NCBI GenBank assembly: GCA_020047755.1
Contig: JAIFNL010000049.1
Location: 1,726-65,725, forward strand
From: Bacteroidota bacterium
GTDB taxonomy: Bacteria; Bacteroidota; Bacteroidia; Bacteroidales; JAIFNL01
Direction of reading: 5' to 3'
Length of the DNA stretch: 64,000 nt
The translations under genes and the position numbers were made by a program. Under the pieces are notes generated by a model. The model searched no databases, was not told where the DNA came from, and saw nothing but the letters and a program-made list of their open reading frames with translations. Shown in pieces: positions 27,063 through 36,802 of the stretch (the first letter of the stretch is position 1; every line of letters begins with the position of its first letter).

Positions 27063-27426
27063 TTTTTGTATCGTTTTGCAATTTACCATCGAATTACAAT
27101 TTAAAATTTACAAAAAAGTACTCATAATCAACATGTTCCGCTTTTTTTAATGATGTAATTTGTAAACAAATGCAAAATGACAAAAATTTTGTTCTAAAAA
27201 AATGAAAAAAAAGAAACACAATTTGAATAGAAGTAAATTGGCAAAAATAAATAAAGTAAAAAAAAGCAATTAAATATAAAACAAACAAATACAGAAGAAA
27301 CAATTTTCACAAAATCAGACGCTAAGCAATGCCTAGTTAAAGTAAATTTAAAATCATCAAAAGTTAATAATCCAAATCTAATTTACTATTAATACTGCTA
27401 AAATTATAGTAAAAAATAAGAAAATA

Positions 27427-28002
27427 TTAATGAACATGCAATGCTAGCAAAAAATCTTTAATCTCGTTCAACTTCAATACTTTCGATGGATTGTGAAGTT
27501 TTATAGCATTTTTAGGCATTGCATCAACTTCTGCTTCCGAAGGGTCTTGAACGATAGTAAATCCGCCAGCATCGTGTAGCATTTTAAGCGATTTCGCACC
27601 GTCATTATTTGCACCTGTCAAAATTATAGCAACCAATTTGTCGCCATAAGCTTCAATAGCCGACTCAAATAAAACATCAATCGATGGACGAGAAAAATTT
27701 ACTTTTGGATCGACAGATAGAGAAAAAACTTTTGATTCTTCAATAAGTAAATGATAATTAGCTGGTGCAAAATAAACATTACCAGCTAAAATAGCAGACT
27801 GCTCAGTGGCTTCGCTCACCAGAACTTGACATTTGCTACTATAAAATTTTATATGAAAATTTCCTTGGTGAGGATGCAAATGCTGCACAATTACAATAGG
27901 AAGTGAAAAATTTTGTGGCAAAAAAGGTAAAATTTGCTGCAAAGCCGTCATCCCGCCGGCAGAAACGCCAATTAATACGCACTCATATTTTTTTTGCAGC
28001 AT
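27427..28002 (-). CDS. cheB: CheB-type protein-glutamate methylesterase, catalytic domain only (no receiver domain)
   Basis: 191-aa ORF. VLIGVSAGGMTALQQILPFLP (Ser nucleophile region), PIVIVQHLHP (His), ILTGANNDGAKSLKMLHDAGGFTIVQDPSEAEVDAMPKNAI (Asp and C-terminal CheB signature). Confidence 0.9.
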   Translation of the reverse strand: MLQKKYECVLIGVSAGGMTALQQILPFLPQNFSLPIVIVQHLHPHQGNFHIKFYSSKCQVLVSEATEQSAILAGNVYFAPANYHLLIEESKVFSLSVDPKVNFSRPSIDVLFESAIEAYGDKLVAIILTGANNDGAKSLKMLHDAGGFTIVQDPSEAEVDAMPKNAIKLHNPSKVLKLNEIKDFLLALHVH

Positions 28003-28258
28003 AACATTTTATTTATAAAAACAATCCAAAAAACAGAACAGAACGCCTAATTTTAAGAAAGTTTACTAGCCGTTTTGAATACAAAATTAATAAAAGTGTT
28101 GCAATTAGCAAATAATATGCAAAATTGATACTAAAATAAAATCGAAAAAAAGCAAAATGACTATTTACTTAATTCCCTAAAAACCAATATGTTTAAAATA
28201 ATATTTTTTTTTTTAGAAAATATTTATTTAAAATGTTTCTAAATTAAAAATAATTTCA

Positions 28259-28266
28259 TACCTTTG
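28259..28266 (+). promoter_or_regulatory. Candidate -7 promoter box (TACCTTTG) for ahpC
   Basis: Matches TAnnTTTG and ends 73 nt upstream of the ATG at 28340. Confidence 0.35.
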
Positions 28267-28339
28267 TATCTGAAAATATAAAACGCAAATTTTCATTTAT
28301 ACAAAATTAATTAAATATAAACTCATAAATAAATAATTC

Positions 28340-28969
28340 ATGTCATTAGTAGGAAAAAAAGCACCACTTTTTACAGCACCAGCTGTAGTAAATGGCGGAG
28401 AAATAGTAGAAAACTTCTCATTAAAGCAATATTTAGGAAAAAAATACGTAGTTTTTTATTTTTACCCAGCAGACTTCACTTTTGTTTGTCCAACTGAAAT
28501 TTTAGCTTTCCAAGAAAGAATAGCAGAGTTCGACGCTAAAAATGTAGCAGTAGTTGGCTGTTCGGTTGATTCACAATTTTCGCATTGGAAATGGTTGCAA
28601 ACTGAGAAAAACGATGGCGGTATTAAAGGTGTTAAATATCCGTTAGTTGCAGATTCTGCAAAAACAATAGCCGAAAACTTTGGCGTATTAGCCGGACAAT
28701 ATGACTACGACGACGAAGGAAATAGCTCTTTCAGCGGCACTCCAATGGCATATAGAGGTTTATTTCTTATTGATAAAGAAGGAGTTGTGCAACACGAAAC
28801 AATTAACAATATGCCACTTGGCAGAAATGTAAACGAAACACTTCGCATGGTAAATGCGCTTCAATATTTTGAAAAACATGGCGAAGTTTGCCCTGCAAAC
28901 TGGAACGAAGGCGAAGAGGCTTTAAAAGCATCGCAAGAAGGAATTGCAAATTACTTGAGCAAACATTAA
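28340..28969 (+). CDS. ahpC: Typical 2-Cys peroxiredoxin (AhpC/Tsa family)
   Basis: 209-aa ORF. Peroxidatic Cys motif FYPADFTFVCPTEI. Resolving Cys in HGEVCPANW. The whole length is collinear with AhpC/Prx. Confidence 0.93.
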   Translation: MSLVGKKAPLFTAPAVVNGGEIVENFSLKQYLGKKYVVFYFYPADFTFVCPTEILAFQERIAEFDAKNVAVVGCSVDSQFSHWKWLQTEKNDGGIKGVKYPLVADSAKTIAENFGVLAGQYDYDDEGNSSFSGTPMAYRGLFLIDKEGVVQHETINNMPLGRNVNETLRMVNALQYFEKHGEVCPANWNEGEEALKASQEGIANYLSKH

Positions 28970-28995
28970 TTTTTTCATGGTTAGATTTTGTTTTT

Positions 28996-29029
28996 ACACC
29001 TCGAACACTTGTTCGGGGTGTTTTTTTTT
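28996..29029 (+). terminator. Rho-independent terminator of ahpC
   Basis: ACACCTCGAA / TTCGGGGTGT forms a 10-bp stem (one G-U pair) with loop CACTTG, followed by 9 T. Confidence 0.8.
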
Positions 29030-29145
29030 GCCAAAAAATAGTTTATCTATATTTGCCAAATTAAATTCAGACAATTCGTCTATTTTTTTATAATAAAAAT
29101 AAACTAATTTATTAAATTGATACAAAATTATTTGCAAATCTTACC

Positions 29146-30447
29146 ATGAGAAAATCAATAACAGTAGCTTTGGAATCTCCTGAACATTTCAAAAAAAAAC
29201 TCATTAGCTATGTATCTAATTATCAAATTTTCAGTATTTTAGATAGAAATAGTTTTAATCAGAACCCCAATTTAGTACTCGAATATGATTTTATCGCAGC
29301 AATAGAAAAGATTGCGGAAATTAAAAACGTTGCAAATAATAACTTTGGTGCCTTACAACAAGAATTTAACAAACTAAACGATTGGCTTTTTGGCTATTTT
29401 TCTTATGATTTGAAAAATGAGACAGAACCTCTAACATCAAGTAATTTTGATGGAATAAAGGCTCCCAAAATGCACTTTTTTCAACCCCAGTTTGTGATTT
29501 TAATAAAGGAGAAAAAACTTGTAGTAGAATATTTGCCACAATTTAATACAGAAAATGAAGCAATCAATCTAATTAAATTGATAAAAAAATATACGCTTTG
29601 CGAAGAAAATAACCTACCTGAAGTAAAAATAAAACAAAGAGTATCTAAAAATAAATACATAGAGGCTGTAAATAAATTAAAGGAACATATCAGCGTAGGC
29701 GATATCTACGAAATCAACTATTGCATGGAATTTTTTGCACCCAAAATAACGATAGCAACAGACATACTATATAACAAAATATGCAAAATATCACCTACTC
29801 CATTCTCCTGTTTTTACCGAAATGACGAAATATTTGCTATTTCAGCCTCACCAGAACGCTTTTTAAGAAAAATAGGAACAAAAATAATTTCGCAACCCAT
29901 CAAAGGCACAATAAAACGAGGCAAAACTCCCGAAGAAGATGCACTGCTTTCGCAATTACTTGAAAATGATATAAAAGAGCGTGCAGAAAATATAATGATT
30001 GTAGATTTGGTACGCAACGACTTGTCGAAAACGGCAAGTTTTGGAAGTGTAAAAGTAGATGAATTGTGCAAAATTTATAGCTTTGCGCAGGTGCACCAGA
30101 TGATTTCGAGCATTAGCTGCACTTTAGACTCTGAAAAAGACGGAATTGCAACGCTAAAAAATTGTTTTCCAATGGGTTCTATGACTGGAGCACCCAAAAT
30201 AAAGGCAATGCAATTGATAGAACAATATGAGTTCACAAAAAGAGGAATTTACTCAGGTTCAATTGGTTATATAAAACCTAACGGAGATTTTGATTTCAAC
30301 GTAATCATACGCACCATTCTTTACAACTCAGCAGAGAAATACCTTTCGTTTATGGTAGGTAGTGCAATAACTCACCTGTCGATAGCTGAAAATGAATACA
30401 ATGAATGCCTTCTAAAAGCAGAAGCTATGTTTAAAGCAATAATATAA
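29146..30447 (+). CDS. pabB: Chorismate-utilising enzyme, aminodeoxychorismate synthase component I-like
   Basis: 433-aa ORF. Chorismate-binding signatures: SPERFL, KGTIKRG, ENIMIVDLVRNDL, FPMGSMTGAPKIKAM, RGIYSGSIGY. The short N-terminal region and the lack of trp neighbours favour PabB over TrpE. MenF or PchA types are not excluded. Confidence 0.7.
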   Translation: MRKSITVALESPEHFKKKLISYVSNYQIFSILDRNSFNQNPNLVLEYDFIAAIEKIAEIKNVANNNFGALQQEFNKLNDWLFGYFSYDLKNETEPLTSSNFDGIKAPKMHFFQPQFVILIKEKKLVVEYLPQFNTENEAINLIKLIKKYTLCEENNLPEVKIKQRVSKNKYIEAVNKLKEHISVGDIYEINYCMEFFAPKITIATDILYNKICKISPTPFSCFYRNDEIFAISASPERFLRKIGTKIISQPIKGTIKRGKTPEEDALLSQLLENDIKERAENIMIVDLVRNDLSKTASFGSVKVDELCKIYSFAQVHQMISSISCTLDSEKDGIATLKNCFPMGSMTGAPKIKAMQLIEQYEFTKRGIYSGSIGYIKPNGDFDFNVIIRTILYNSAEKYLSFMVGSAITHLSIAENEYNECLLKAEAMFKAII

Positions 30448-30496
30448 TTTATGTGGGTACAAATTTTTTAATAAAAAAATAGACATCTGTGCTGTT

Positions 30497-31294
30497 TTAA
30501 AAATTAAATAGAAATCCATTTTTTGCAATGTAAAAAAGTTTTGGAATTGCTGCAGGATTTTCCAATTTGTAATCTATCGGTGGATGAGAATCATAAGAAA
30601 CACTAAAATCAAAAGAAAATGCTATATTTTTTAGAATTTTAAATGAAAGCGACGTCTCACTCATTATTCTAAATTCTTGAAATTTATAAATATTTGGCTG
30701 ATAATAAGTAACATGACTAACTTTAAATACCTGATTGACATAAAAGCCCATTGAAATATAAAAATCGCCTTTAAAACGTCTATTGATTGTATGCAAGCCA
30801 TCGCTAAGTACTTCTCTCTCAAACATAAAAAGTGGCGAAAAATATAAATAGAATTTTTCCTTATCGAAAAGACCTAAACGAAAGCCTCCCCCAGCTATAT
30901 TGCGATGCTCAAGCAACTTTATCATATTGAATTGGTTCTGACCAAAAAACTCGAGCGTCATAAAATTTATTTGCGAAAATCGATAATTGTACCTTAAATG
31001 CTGATAACTATCATTCACTAATATTTCGTCATTTACTTTGTTATAAGATAGCTCACTATACAATAAAAAAGTAGTATTTCTAAAATTCCAATCAATAGAT
31101 AAATTTCCATTTATAAGAATGACATCTTTTGTATTTTTAAGAATGTTTGCCGAAATTCCTACTGCACCGATTAAAGTATCTTGAATTCTCTGCCTTCGTT
31201 TTTCAACATTAACAAGCTGACAATTAGAGATATTACTCGTAAGAAAAAAGAAAATGAATAAAAATAAAAAACTATTTGATTTCCAGATTTTCAT
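30497..31294 (-). CDS. Outer-membrane beta-barrel protein, function unknown (possibly DUF481/YdiY-like)
   Basis: 265-aa ORF. Signal peptide (FLFLFIFFFLTSNISNCQ), alternating strand pattern and a terminal aromatic residue (FLFNF). Confidence 0.45.
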   Translation of the reverse strand: MKIWKSNSFLFLFIFFFLTSNISNCQLVNVEKRRQRIQDTLIGAVGISANILKNTKDVILINGNLSIDWNFRNTTFLLYSELSYNKVNDEILVNDSYQHLRYNYRFSQINFMTLEFFGQNQFNMIKLLEHRNIAGGGFRLGLFDKEKFYLYFSPLFMFEREVLSDGLHTINRRFKGDFYISMGFYVNQVFKVSHVTYYQPNIYKFQEFRIMSETSLSFKILKNIAFSFDFSVSYDSHPPIDYKLENPAAIPKLFYIAKNGFLFNF

Positions 31295-31700
31295 TATTTC
31301 AGAGTATTAAAATTAAAGGCAAAATAGAAACTAATCTTGTAAGAACCAACAAAAATAACTAAAGCAAATGAATTATAGACGGCTAATTTACAATATTTTA
31401 AAACAAAAACAAAAATTTATTTACAAAAACAATTTATATTTAACCCCAAAATAGAATAATTATTGCAAAGTATAAAATAAAATATCTTTTTTTTGCTTGC
31501 CAAAACCAATAATATAATTATTTTTGCATATCAAGCAGTTTGTTTATGAGAAAATAAATAACTATAATTTATTACTTAATTAAGGGATTTAAACCCATTT
31601 AGCTATAAAATACTATAATTATTAATTCCTATTCTCTTATAACAAAAAACATTTTGTAGAAAAAAATATATAATTTAGAATAAAGTAAGGAACTTAAACA

Positions 31701-33077
31701 ATGACAAAAGAAAACGAAGTAAAAATATTCAAAAAAATAGATAAATTTTATTTGTCGTACAAAGCAGTAAGAGAATATGCCATGTTTTTAATGCGTGGTT
31801 TTTTCTACAACTCAGTGAATGTGTATGGATTAGAAAATATACCAAGAGATAAAGCCTACATGATTGCGCCTAATCACCAAAACGCGCTCATGGACGCTGC
31901 TGTAATTATCGATGCTTTTCAACGCCCTGTTTTTATTGCACGTGCCGACTTATTCAGCAACAAGCACTTAGCTAAATTTATAGAGTGGGCACGAATGATG
32001 CCAGCCTATAGAATTAGGGACGGAAAAGAAAATTTAAGCAAAAATGAGCCTATTTTCAAACGCTCGGCAGAAGTGCTCAAAAATAACATTCCAATTATTA
32101 TTTTTCCTGAAGCGGCGCACAATTCAAAGCGCTTTTTGTTGCCACTAAAAAAAGGACTCGCACGCATTGCTTTTCAAGCAGAAGCTGTTACTGATTTTTC
32201 ACTCGACCTTGTAGTTATTCCTGCTGGAATTTATTACGATAACTACACAAATCTGCTAACAAATGTAACCGTTATTTATGGAAAACCTATTTCAGTGAAT
32301 GAGTTTAAAGATGAATTTTTGGCTAGCGATAATAGAGGTATCAATCTATTTAACAAAAAGTTAGCCGAAGAAATGAAAAAGTTAATTATAAATATTGAAA
32401 ACGTAGAATATTACGACTCGTATGAAATAATGCGCCACTTGTACAGAGATGAAATGTATAAAAAAGTAAACTTAGAGAAAAAAAATGCGCTAAATGATTT
32501 AATCACAGACAAAGAACTGATAAAATCACTCGACATCTTTAATGAGCAAAAACCGCAGGAAATGAAAGAGTTACATGAAAAAGTACAGGAATATTCAAAA
32601 GGACTCAAGCGATTGGATTTTAGAGATTGGCAAGTGAAAAAAGCAAAATTTAGCTCTATTTCACTCTATTTGCAAGCTCTATTGCTGCTACTTTTGTTTC
32701 CCATTCATCTATTCAGTCTTGTAAACAACTACCTGCCACTTTTGCCACAAAAGCTTATTAATCAAAAGATTAAAGACCAGCAATTCCACAGTTCCATCAA
32801 ATATGTTTTAGGTGTATTAATTGCGCCACTCATTTATCTGTTACAAATGTTTATAGTAAGCTTATTTACTGATATTTGGTGGGTAAAATGGGTTTATTTG
32901 ATTTTGCTACCGGCTTCGCTATATGTAAGTTTACATTATTACAAACAGTTTGTAAAAGTGCGTTCGTCGTTGCAATTTGTTAGTTTACAAAAGTCAAACA
33001 ATCATTTTCTTGCAAAAATACTGAATCTCCGCAAAGAAATTTCGGATAAACTCAACGAAATAAGCAATTTTAAATAG
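31701..33077 (+). CDS. PlsC-family acyltransferase (lysophospholipid/glycerol-3-phosphate type) with C-terminal membrane anchor
   Basis: 458-aa ORF. HX4D acyltransferase motif APNHQNALMDA. Block III-like IIIFPEAAHNS. Two or three C-terminal TM helices (LYLQALLLLLLFPIHLF, VLGVLIAPLIYLLQMFIV). Confidence 0.8.
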   Translation: MTKENEVKIFKKIDKFYLSYKAVREYAMFLMRGFFYNSVNVYGLENIPRDKAYMIAPNHQNALMDAAVIIDAFQRPVFIARADLFSNKHLAKFIEWARMMPAYRIRDGKENLSKNEPIFKRSAEVLKNNIPIIIFPEAAHNSKRFLLPLKKGLARIAFQAEAVTDFSLDLVVIPAGIYYDNYTNLLTNVTVIYGKPISVNEFKDEFLASDNRGINLFNKKLAEEMKKLIINIENVEYYDSYEIMRHLYRDEMYKKVNLEKKNALNDLITDKELIKSLDIFNEQKPQEMKELHEKVQEYSKGLKRLDFRDWQVKKAKFSSISLYLQALLLLLLFPIHLFSLVNNYLPLLPQKLINQKIKDQQFHSSIKYVLGVLIAPLIYLLQMFIVSLFTDIWWVKWVYLILLPASLYVSLHYYKQFVKVRSSLQFVSLQKSNNHFLAKILNLRKEISDKLNEISNFK

Positions 33078-33278
33078 ATTAATAGCTTGAAAATAAGTAT
33101 GTTATACGTTTATACTATAAATTGTTTACCTTTTTTCGATAAATTAAAACAAAATAATGTTTTAAAAATTTCAGTGTAAAAAAAAAATTTCATATTTTTA
33201 TAAAATTAAAATAATAAAAATAGCAATACATTTATTTTTTGAAAATTAACTTAAAAAAACCACATAAAACGAAATGCT

Positions 33279-36200
33279 ATGTTAAAAAAAATCGTTGCTT
33301 TATTTAGCCTTCTTGCTATAATGCAAATGCTTAGTGCACAGGAAGAAGCGCGCCTTTTGCGTTTTCCCGCTATCCATGGCGACCAATTAGTTTTCAGCTA
33401 TGCCGGCGATTTATATACAACAAATGCCAATGGTGGCTTAGCTCGAAAATTAACTGACCACATTGGTTATGAGATGTTTGCACGATTTTCTCCTGATGGA
33501 AAAACCATTGCATTCACAGGTCAGTACGATGGAAACACTGAGGTTTTCAAAATACCAGCTCAAGGTGGTGAACCTCAAAGACTTACCTACACCGCAACCC
33601 TAGACAGAGACGAAGTTGGAGACCGCATGGGACCCAATAATATTGTAATAAGTTGGACTCCAGATGGTAAAAAAATCATTTACCGCTCTCGCCGCTATTC
33701 TTACAACGATTTTAGAGGACAACTATTTTTGGTAAGCCCTGAAGGAGGCATGTCAGAAGAAATGCCTTTAAATAATGGCGCTTGGAACACCTATTCGCCT
33801 GACGGAAAGAAGCTTGCATTTAATAGAGTTTTCAGAGAATTTAGAACTTGGAAACATTATACCGGCGGAATGGCTGATGATGTTTGGGTTTTCGATTTTG
33901 AAACAAAAAAAACAGAGAATATTACCAATAATAAAGCGCAAGATATTTTTCCGATGTGGCACCAAAAAGAAATTTATTTTCTTTCTGACCGCGATTTTAC
34001 GATGAATCTCTTCAAATACAATACCGAAACAAAAGAAACAACTAAAGTTACTGATTTTAAAGACTTTGATATTAAATTTCCATCTATTGGAGGTGACTTT
34101 ATTGTATTTGAAAAAGGAGGATTTATTTTTAAATTCAATATAAAAACTCAACAAACAGAAAAAATAAATATATTCATCTCCAATGAATTAAATTGGGGTA
34201 GAACTAAAATTGTAGATGCGTCTAAATTAATTTTTGGCGGAAATAGCTCTCCCAACGGTGAACGCTTAATATTTGCTGCACGAGGCGATATTTTCAATTT
34301 GCCAGCAAAAGAAGGTGTTACAAAAAATATAACAAAAACTAGCGGAGCACACGAAAAATACGCAACTTGGTCGCCCGATGGAAAATGGATAGCCTACGTT
34401 TCTGACAAAAATGGTGAATTTGAAATTTTTATTCAAGACCCCGAAGGAAAAAACGAAGCAATTCAATTAACTTCAAATGCAGATACTTACAAGTACAACA
34501 TTGAATGGTCGCCCGATAGTAAAAAAATAATTTGGAGCGACAAAAAACTAAGATTGAGCTATGTAGATATTTCCACAAAAAAAATAACTCAAATCACAGC
34601 TTCAAAAATGTGGGAAATTAGAGAATATTCGTGGTCGCCTGACAGTAAATGGGTTGTATATACCGATGACCTCTACGATAGCAAGAATAAAGTATTCATT
34701 TACAACCTCGAAACTGGCAAATCCGAAGCTGTTACCGATGGCTGGTTTGATGTAAGTTCTCCGGTATTTAGTAGCTGCGGAAAATATTTATTTCTTGTTT
34801 CGGGTAGAACATTTAACCCAACTTACAGTAGCACAGAGTGGAATCATTCTTACTCCGACATGAGCAAAATATACCTCATAACGCTTGCCAAAGACACAAA
34901 AAATCCGTTTGCCCTTGTAAATGACGCGCTTAAAGTAGAAGAAGAGAAAAAAGAAGAAAAGAAAGAGGTTGACGGCAAAAAGAAAGAAGAAAAAACAGAA
35001 ACCAGTATTGTAGATAAAAAAGCTGTTAAAATTGATTTTGATGGCATCATAAATAGAATAGTTTCGCTGCCAATAGAAGCTGCAAACTATTGGAATTTAG
35101 AATGTTCTGGCACAAAAGTGTATTACAACACAATGAAAAACAGCGATGAGCAAAGCCAAATAAAAGTATTCGACTTAAAAAGTAAAAAAGAAACGGTATT
35201 AGGAAAAGGAATGAACTTTAGCCTTTCGCCCAATAAAGAAAAAATGGTAGTAATGCAAAGAGGTCAATATTATGTTATTGACGTGCCTTCTTCAAATATT
35301 AGTTTAAGCGATGCAGTTTCATTAGAAAATATGAAAATATCTGTAAATTATTCTGAAGAATGGAAGCAAATTTACTACGAAAGTTGGCGACAAATGCGGG
35401 ATTTCTTTTTCGACCCCAACATGCACGGCGTAGATTGGAAGGCTATGCGCGACAAATATGCAGTGCTTTTGCCTTATGTGAAGCACCGCGACGACTTGAC
35501 TTACATTATTGGCGAACTAATTGGCGAAATAAATATTGGGCACGCTTATGTAAATAGTGGAGAAAAACCAAATCCAGCTCGCATAAAAATGGGCTTACTG
35601 GGAGCAAAATTTAGCAAAGATGCTTCTGGATATTTCAAAATTGAAAAAATACTAGAAGGCGCTAACTGGGAGCCTTCGCTTCAATCGCCACTTACCGAAA
35701 TAGGTGTAGATGTGAAAGTTGGCGAATTTATAATTGCCATAAACGGCGAGAGTACAAAAAATTTGAAAGACATTTATCAAGCTCTTATTGGCTTAGACAA
35801 CAAAACAATAGAGCTAACTATCAATAGCAAAGCTTCAATTGAAGGTGCAAGAAACGTATTGGTATCGCCGCGCTCAAGCGAAGCTAGTTTGTATTATTAC
35901 AATTGGGTTCAAAATAATATACGCAAAGTAAGCGAAGCCACTGGTGGTCAGGTAGGTTACATTCATATTCCTGACATGGGAGTAGCTGGTTTGAACGAGT
36001 TTGTCAAATATTTTTACCCACAACTTCGCAAAAAAGCACTCATCATCGACGATAGAGGAAATGGAGGCGGAAACGTATCGCCCATGATTATCGAACGACT
36101 TGCACGCCAATGGGTTATGACTGCTTTGCCACGCAATGCAACCATTGGAGTAACCGACCCTGCTGATATGCACTTAGGTCCAAAAGTAATGTTGATTGAC

Positions 36201-36557
36201 AATTACTCGGCTTCCGATGGTGATATTTTCCCGTATCGCTTCCGCACCATGAAACTTGGCAAAATTATTGGCGTGCGCACTTGGGGTGCAATTACCGGAA
36301 TACGAGGAAGTTTGCCTTTTGTAGATGGAGGTGATTTGCGCAAGCCCGAATTTGCAAAATATGACAGAGAAGGAAAAAGCTGGCTCATTGAAGGTGAGGG
36401 AATTACCCCAGACATCATTATCGACAATGACCCTTACAAAGAATACATGGGCGAAGACCAACAACTCAACAAAGCAATAGAAGTAATTTTAGAAGAAATT
36501 AAAAACTGGAAAGAATGGATACAACCGGTTCCAGATTATCCAATCAAAAACAAATAA
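33279..36557 (+). CDS. Tricorn protease homologue (S41 family; beta-propellers + PDZ + C-terminal peptidase)
   Basis: 1092-aa ORF with a signal peptide. Characteristic start LLRFPAIHGDQLVFSYAGDLYT. Repeated TolB-like SPDGK blades. PDZ-like segment (GVDVKVGEFIIAINGEST). S41 core (ALIIDDRGNGGGNVS, DNYSASDGDIF). Confidence 0.9.
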   Translation: MLKKIVALFSLLAIMQMLSAQEEARLLRFPAIHGDQLVFSYAGDLYTTNANGGLARKLTDHIGYEMFARFSPDGKTIAFTGQYDGNTEVFKIPAQGGEPQRLTYTATLDRDEVGDRMGPNNIVISWTPDGKKIIYRSRRYSYNDFRGQLFLVSPEGGMSEEMPLNNGAWNTYSPDGKKLAFNRVFREFRTWKHYTGGMADDVWVFDFETKKTENITNNKAQDIFPMWHQKEIYFLSDRDFTMNLFKYNTETKETTKVTDFKDFDIKFPSIGGDFIVFEKGGFIFKFNIKTQQTEKINIFISNELNWGRTKIVDASKLIFGGNSSPNGERLIFAARGDIFNLPAKEGVTKNITKTSGAHEKYATWSPDGKWIAYVSDKNGEFEIFIQDPEGKNEAIQLTSNADTYKYNIEWSPDSKKIIWSDKKLRLSYVDISTKKITQITASKMWEIREYSWSPDSKWVVYTDDLYDSKNKVFIYNLETGKSEAVTDGWFDVSSPVFSSCGKYLFLVSGRTFNPTYSSTEWNHSYSDMSKIYLITLAKDTKNPFALVNDALKVEEEKKEEKKEVDGKKKEEKTETSIVDKKAVKIDFDGIINRIVSLPIEAANYWNLECSGTKVYYNTMKNSDEQSQIKVFDLKSKKETVLGKGMNFSLSPNKEKMVVMQRGQYYVIDVPSSNISLSDAVSLENMKISVNYSEEWKQIYYESWRQMRDFFFDPNMHGVDWKAMRDKYAVLLPYVKHRDDLTYIIGELIGEINIGHAYVNSGEKPNPARIKMGLLGAKFSKDASGYFKIEKILEGANWEPSLQSPLTEIGVDVKVGEFIIAINGESTKNLKDIYQALIGLDNKTIELTINSKASIEGARNVLVSPRSSEASLYYYNWVQNNIRKVSEATGGQVGYIHIPDMGVAGLNEFVKYFYPQLRKKALIIDDRGNGGGNVSPMIIERLARQWVMTALPRNATIGVTDPADMHLGPKVMLIDNYSASDGDIFPYRFRTMKLGKIIGVRTWGAITGIRGSLPFVDGGDLRKPEFAKYDREGKSWLIEGEGITPDIIIDNDPYKEYMGEDQQLNKAIEVILEEIKNWKEWIQPVPDYPIKNK

Positions 36558-36565
36558 TTATTTTC

Positions 36566-36596
36566 AAAAAAAACGCTGCTCTTTGCAGCGTTTTTT
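36566..36596 (+). terminator. Rho-independent terminator after the tricorn gene
   Basis: AAAAAAAACGCTGC / GCAGCGTTTTTT: a GC core stem with a 5-nt loop, flanked by an A-run and a T-run. It is symmetrical and could work in either direction. Confidence 0.75.
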
Positions 36597-36740
36597 ACAA
36601 TTATTTGCCAAATTTAACAAAAAAAGGGCAGGCAGCAAATTTAAAACAAAAAAAAATGCAGCATGGGTTTTGTATTTTAACGTTTTTAAAATTGAATTTC
36701 ATAAAATTACTTAAAGATTTTTTATTAAAAATTAAATAAA

Positions 36741-36748
36741 TAACTTTG
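36741..36748 (+). promoter_or_regulatory. Candidate -7 promoter box (TAACTTTG)
   Basis: Matches TAnnTTTG and ends 54 nt upstream of the ATG at 36803. Confidence 0.35.
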
Positions 36749-36802
36749 CAAGCTTTTCAAAAACAAAAGAATTACTCTATATATTTTAAAGTATAAATTT
36801 TG

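Noticed and set aside
27094-27303. A 69-aa minus-strand ORF in the DUF2207/cheB spacer.
   Set aside because: The translation is dominated by Phe, Leu, Ile and Tyr (MFLLYLFVLYLIAFFYFIYF...), as expected from reading T-rich DNA. It has no plausible start context or domain.
34931-35000. A ~70-nt almost pure purine tract within the tricorn gene.
   Set aside because: It encodes a Lys/Glu-rich linker (EEEKKEEKKEVDGKKKEEKTE) in frame between domains. It is compositional, not a separate element.
36515-36739. 74-aa plus-strand ORF spanning the tricorn 3' end and the downstream spacer.
   Set aside because: It overlaps the tricorn CDS out of frame and reads through its terminator hairpin. It has no recognisable features.
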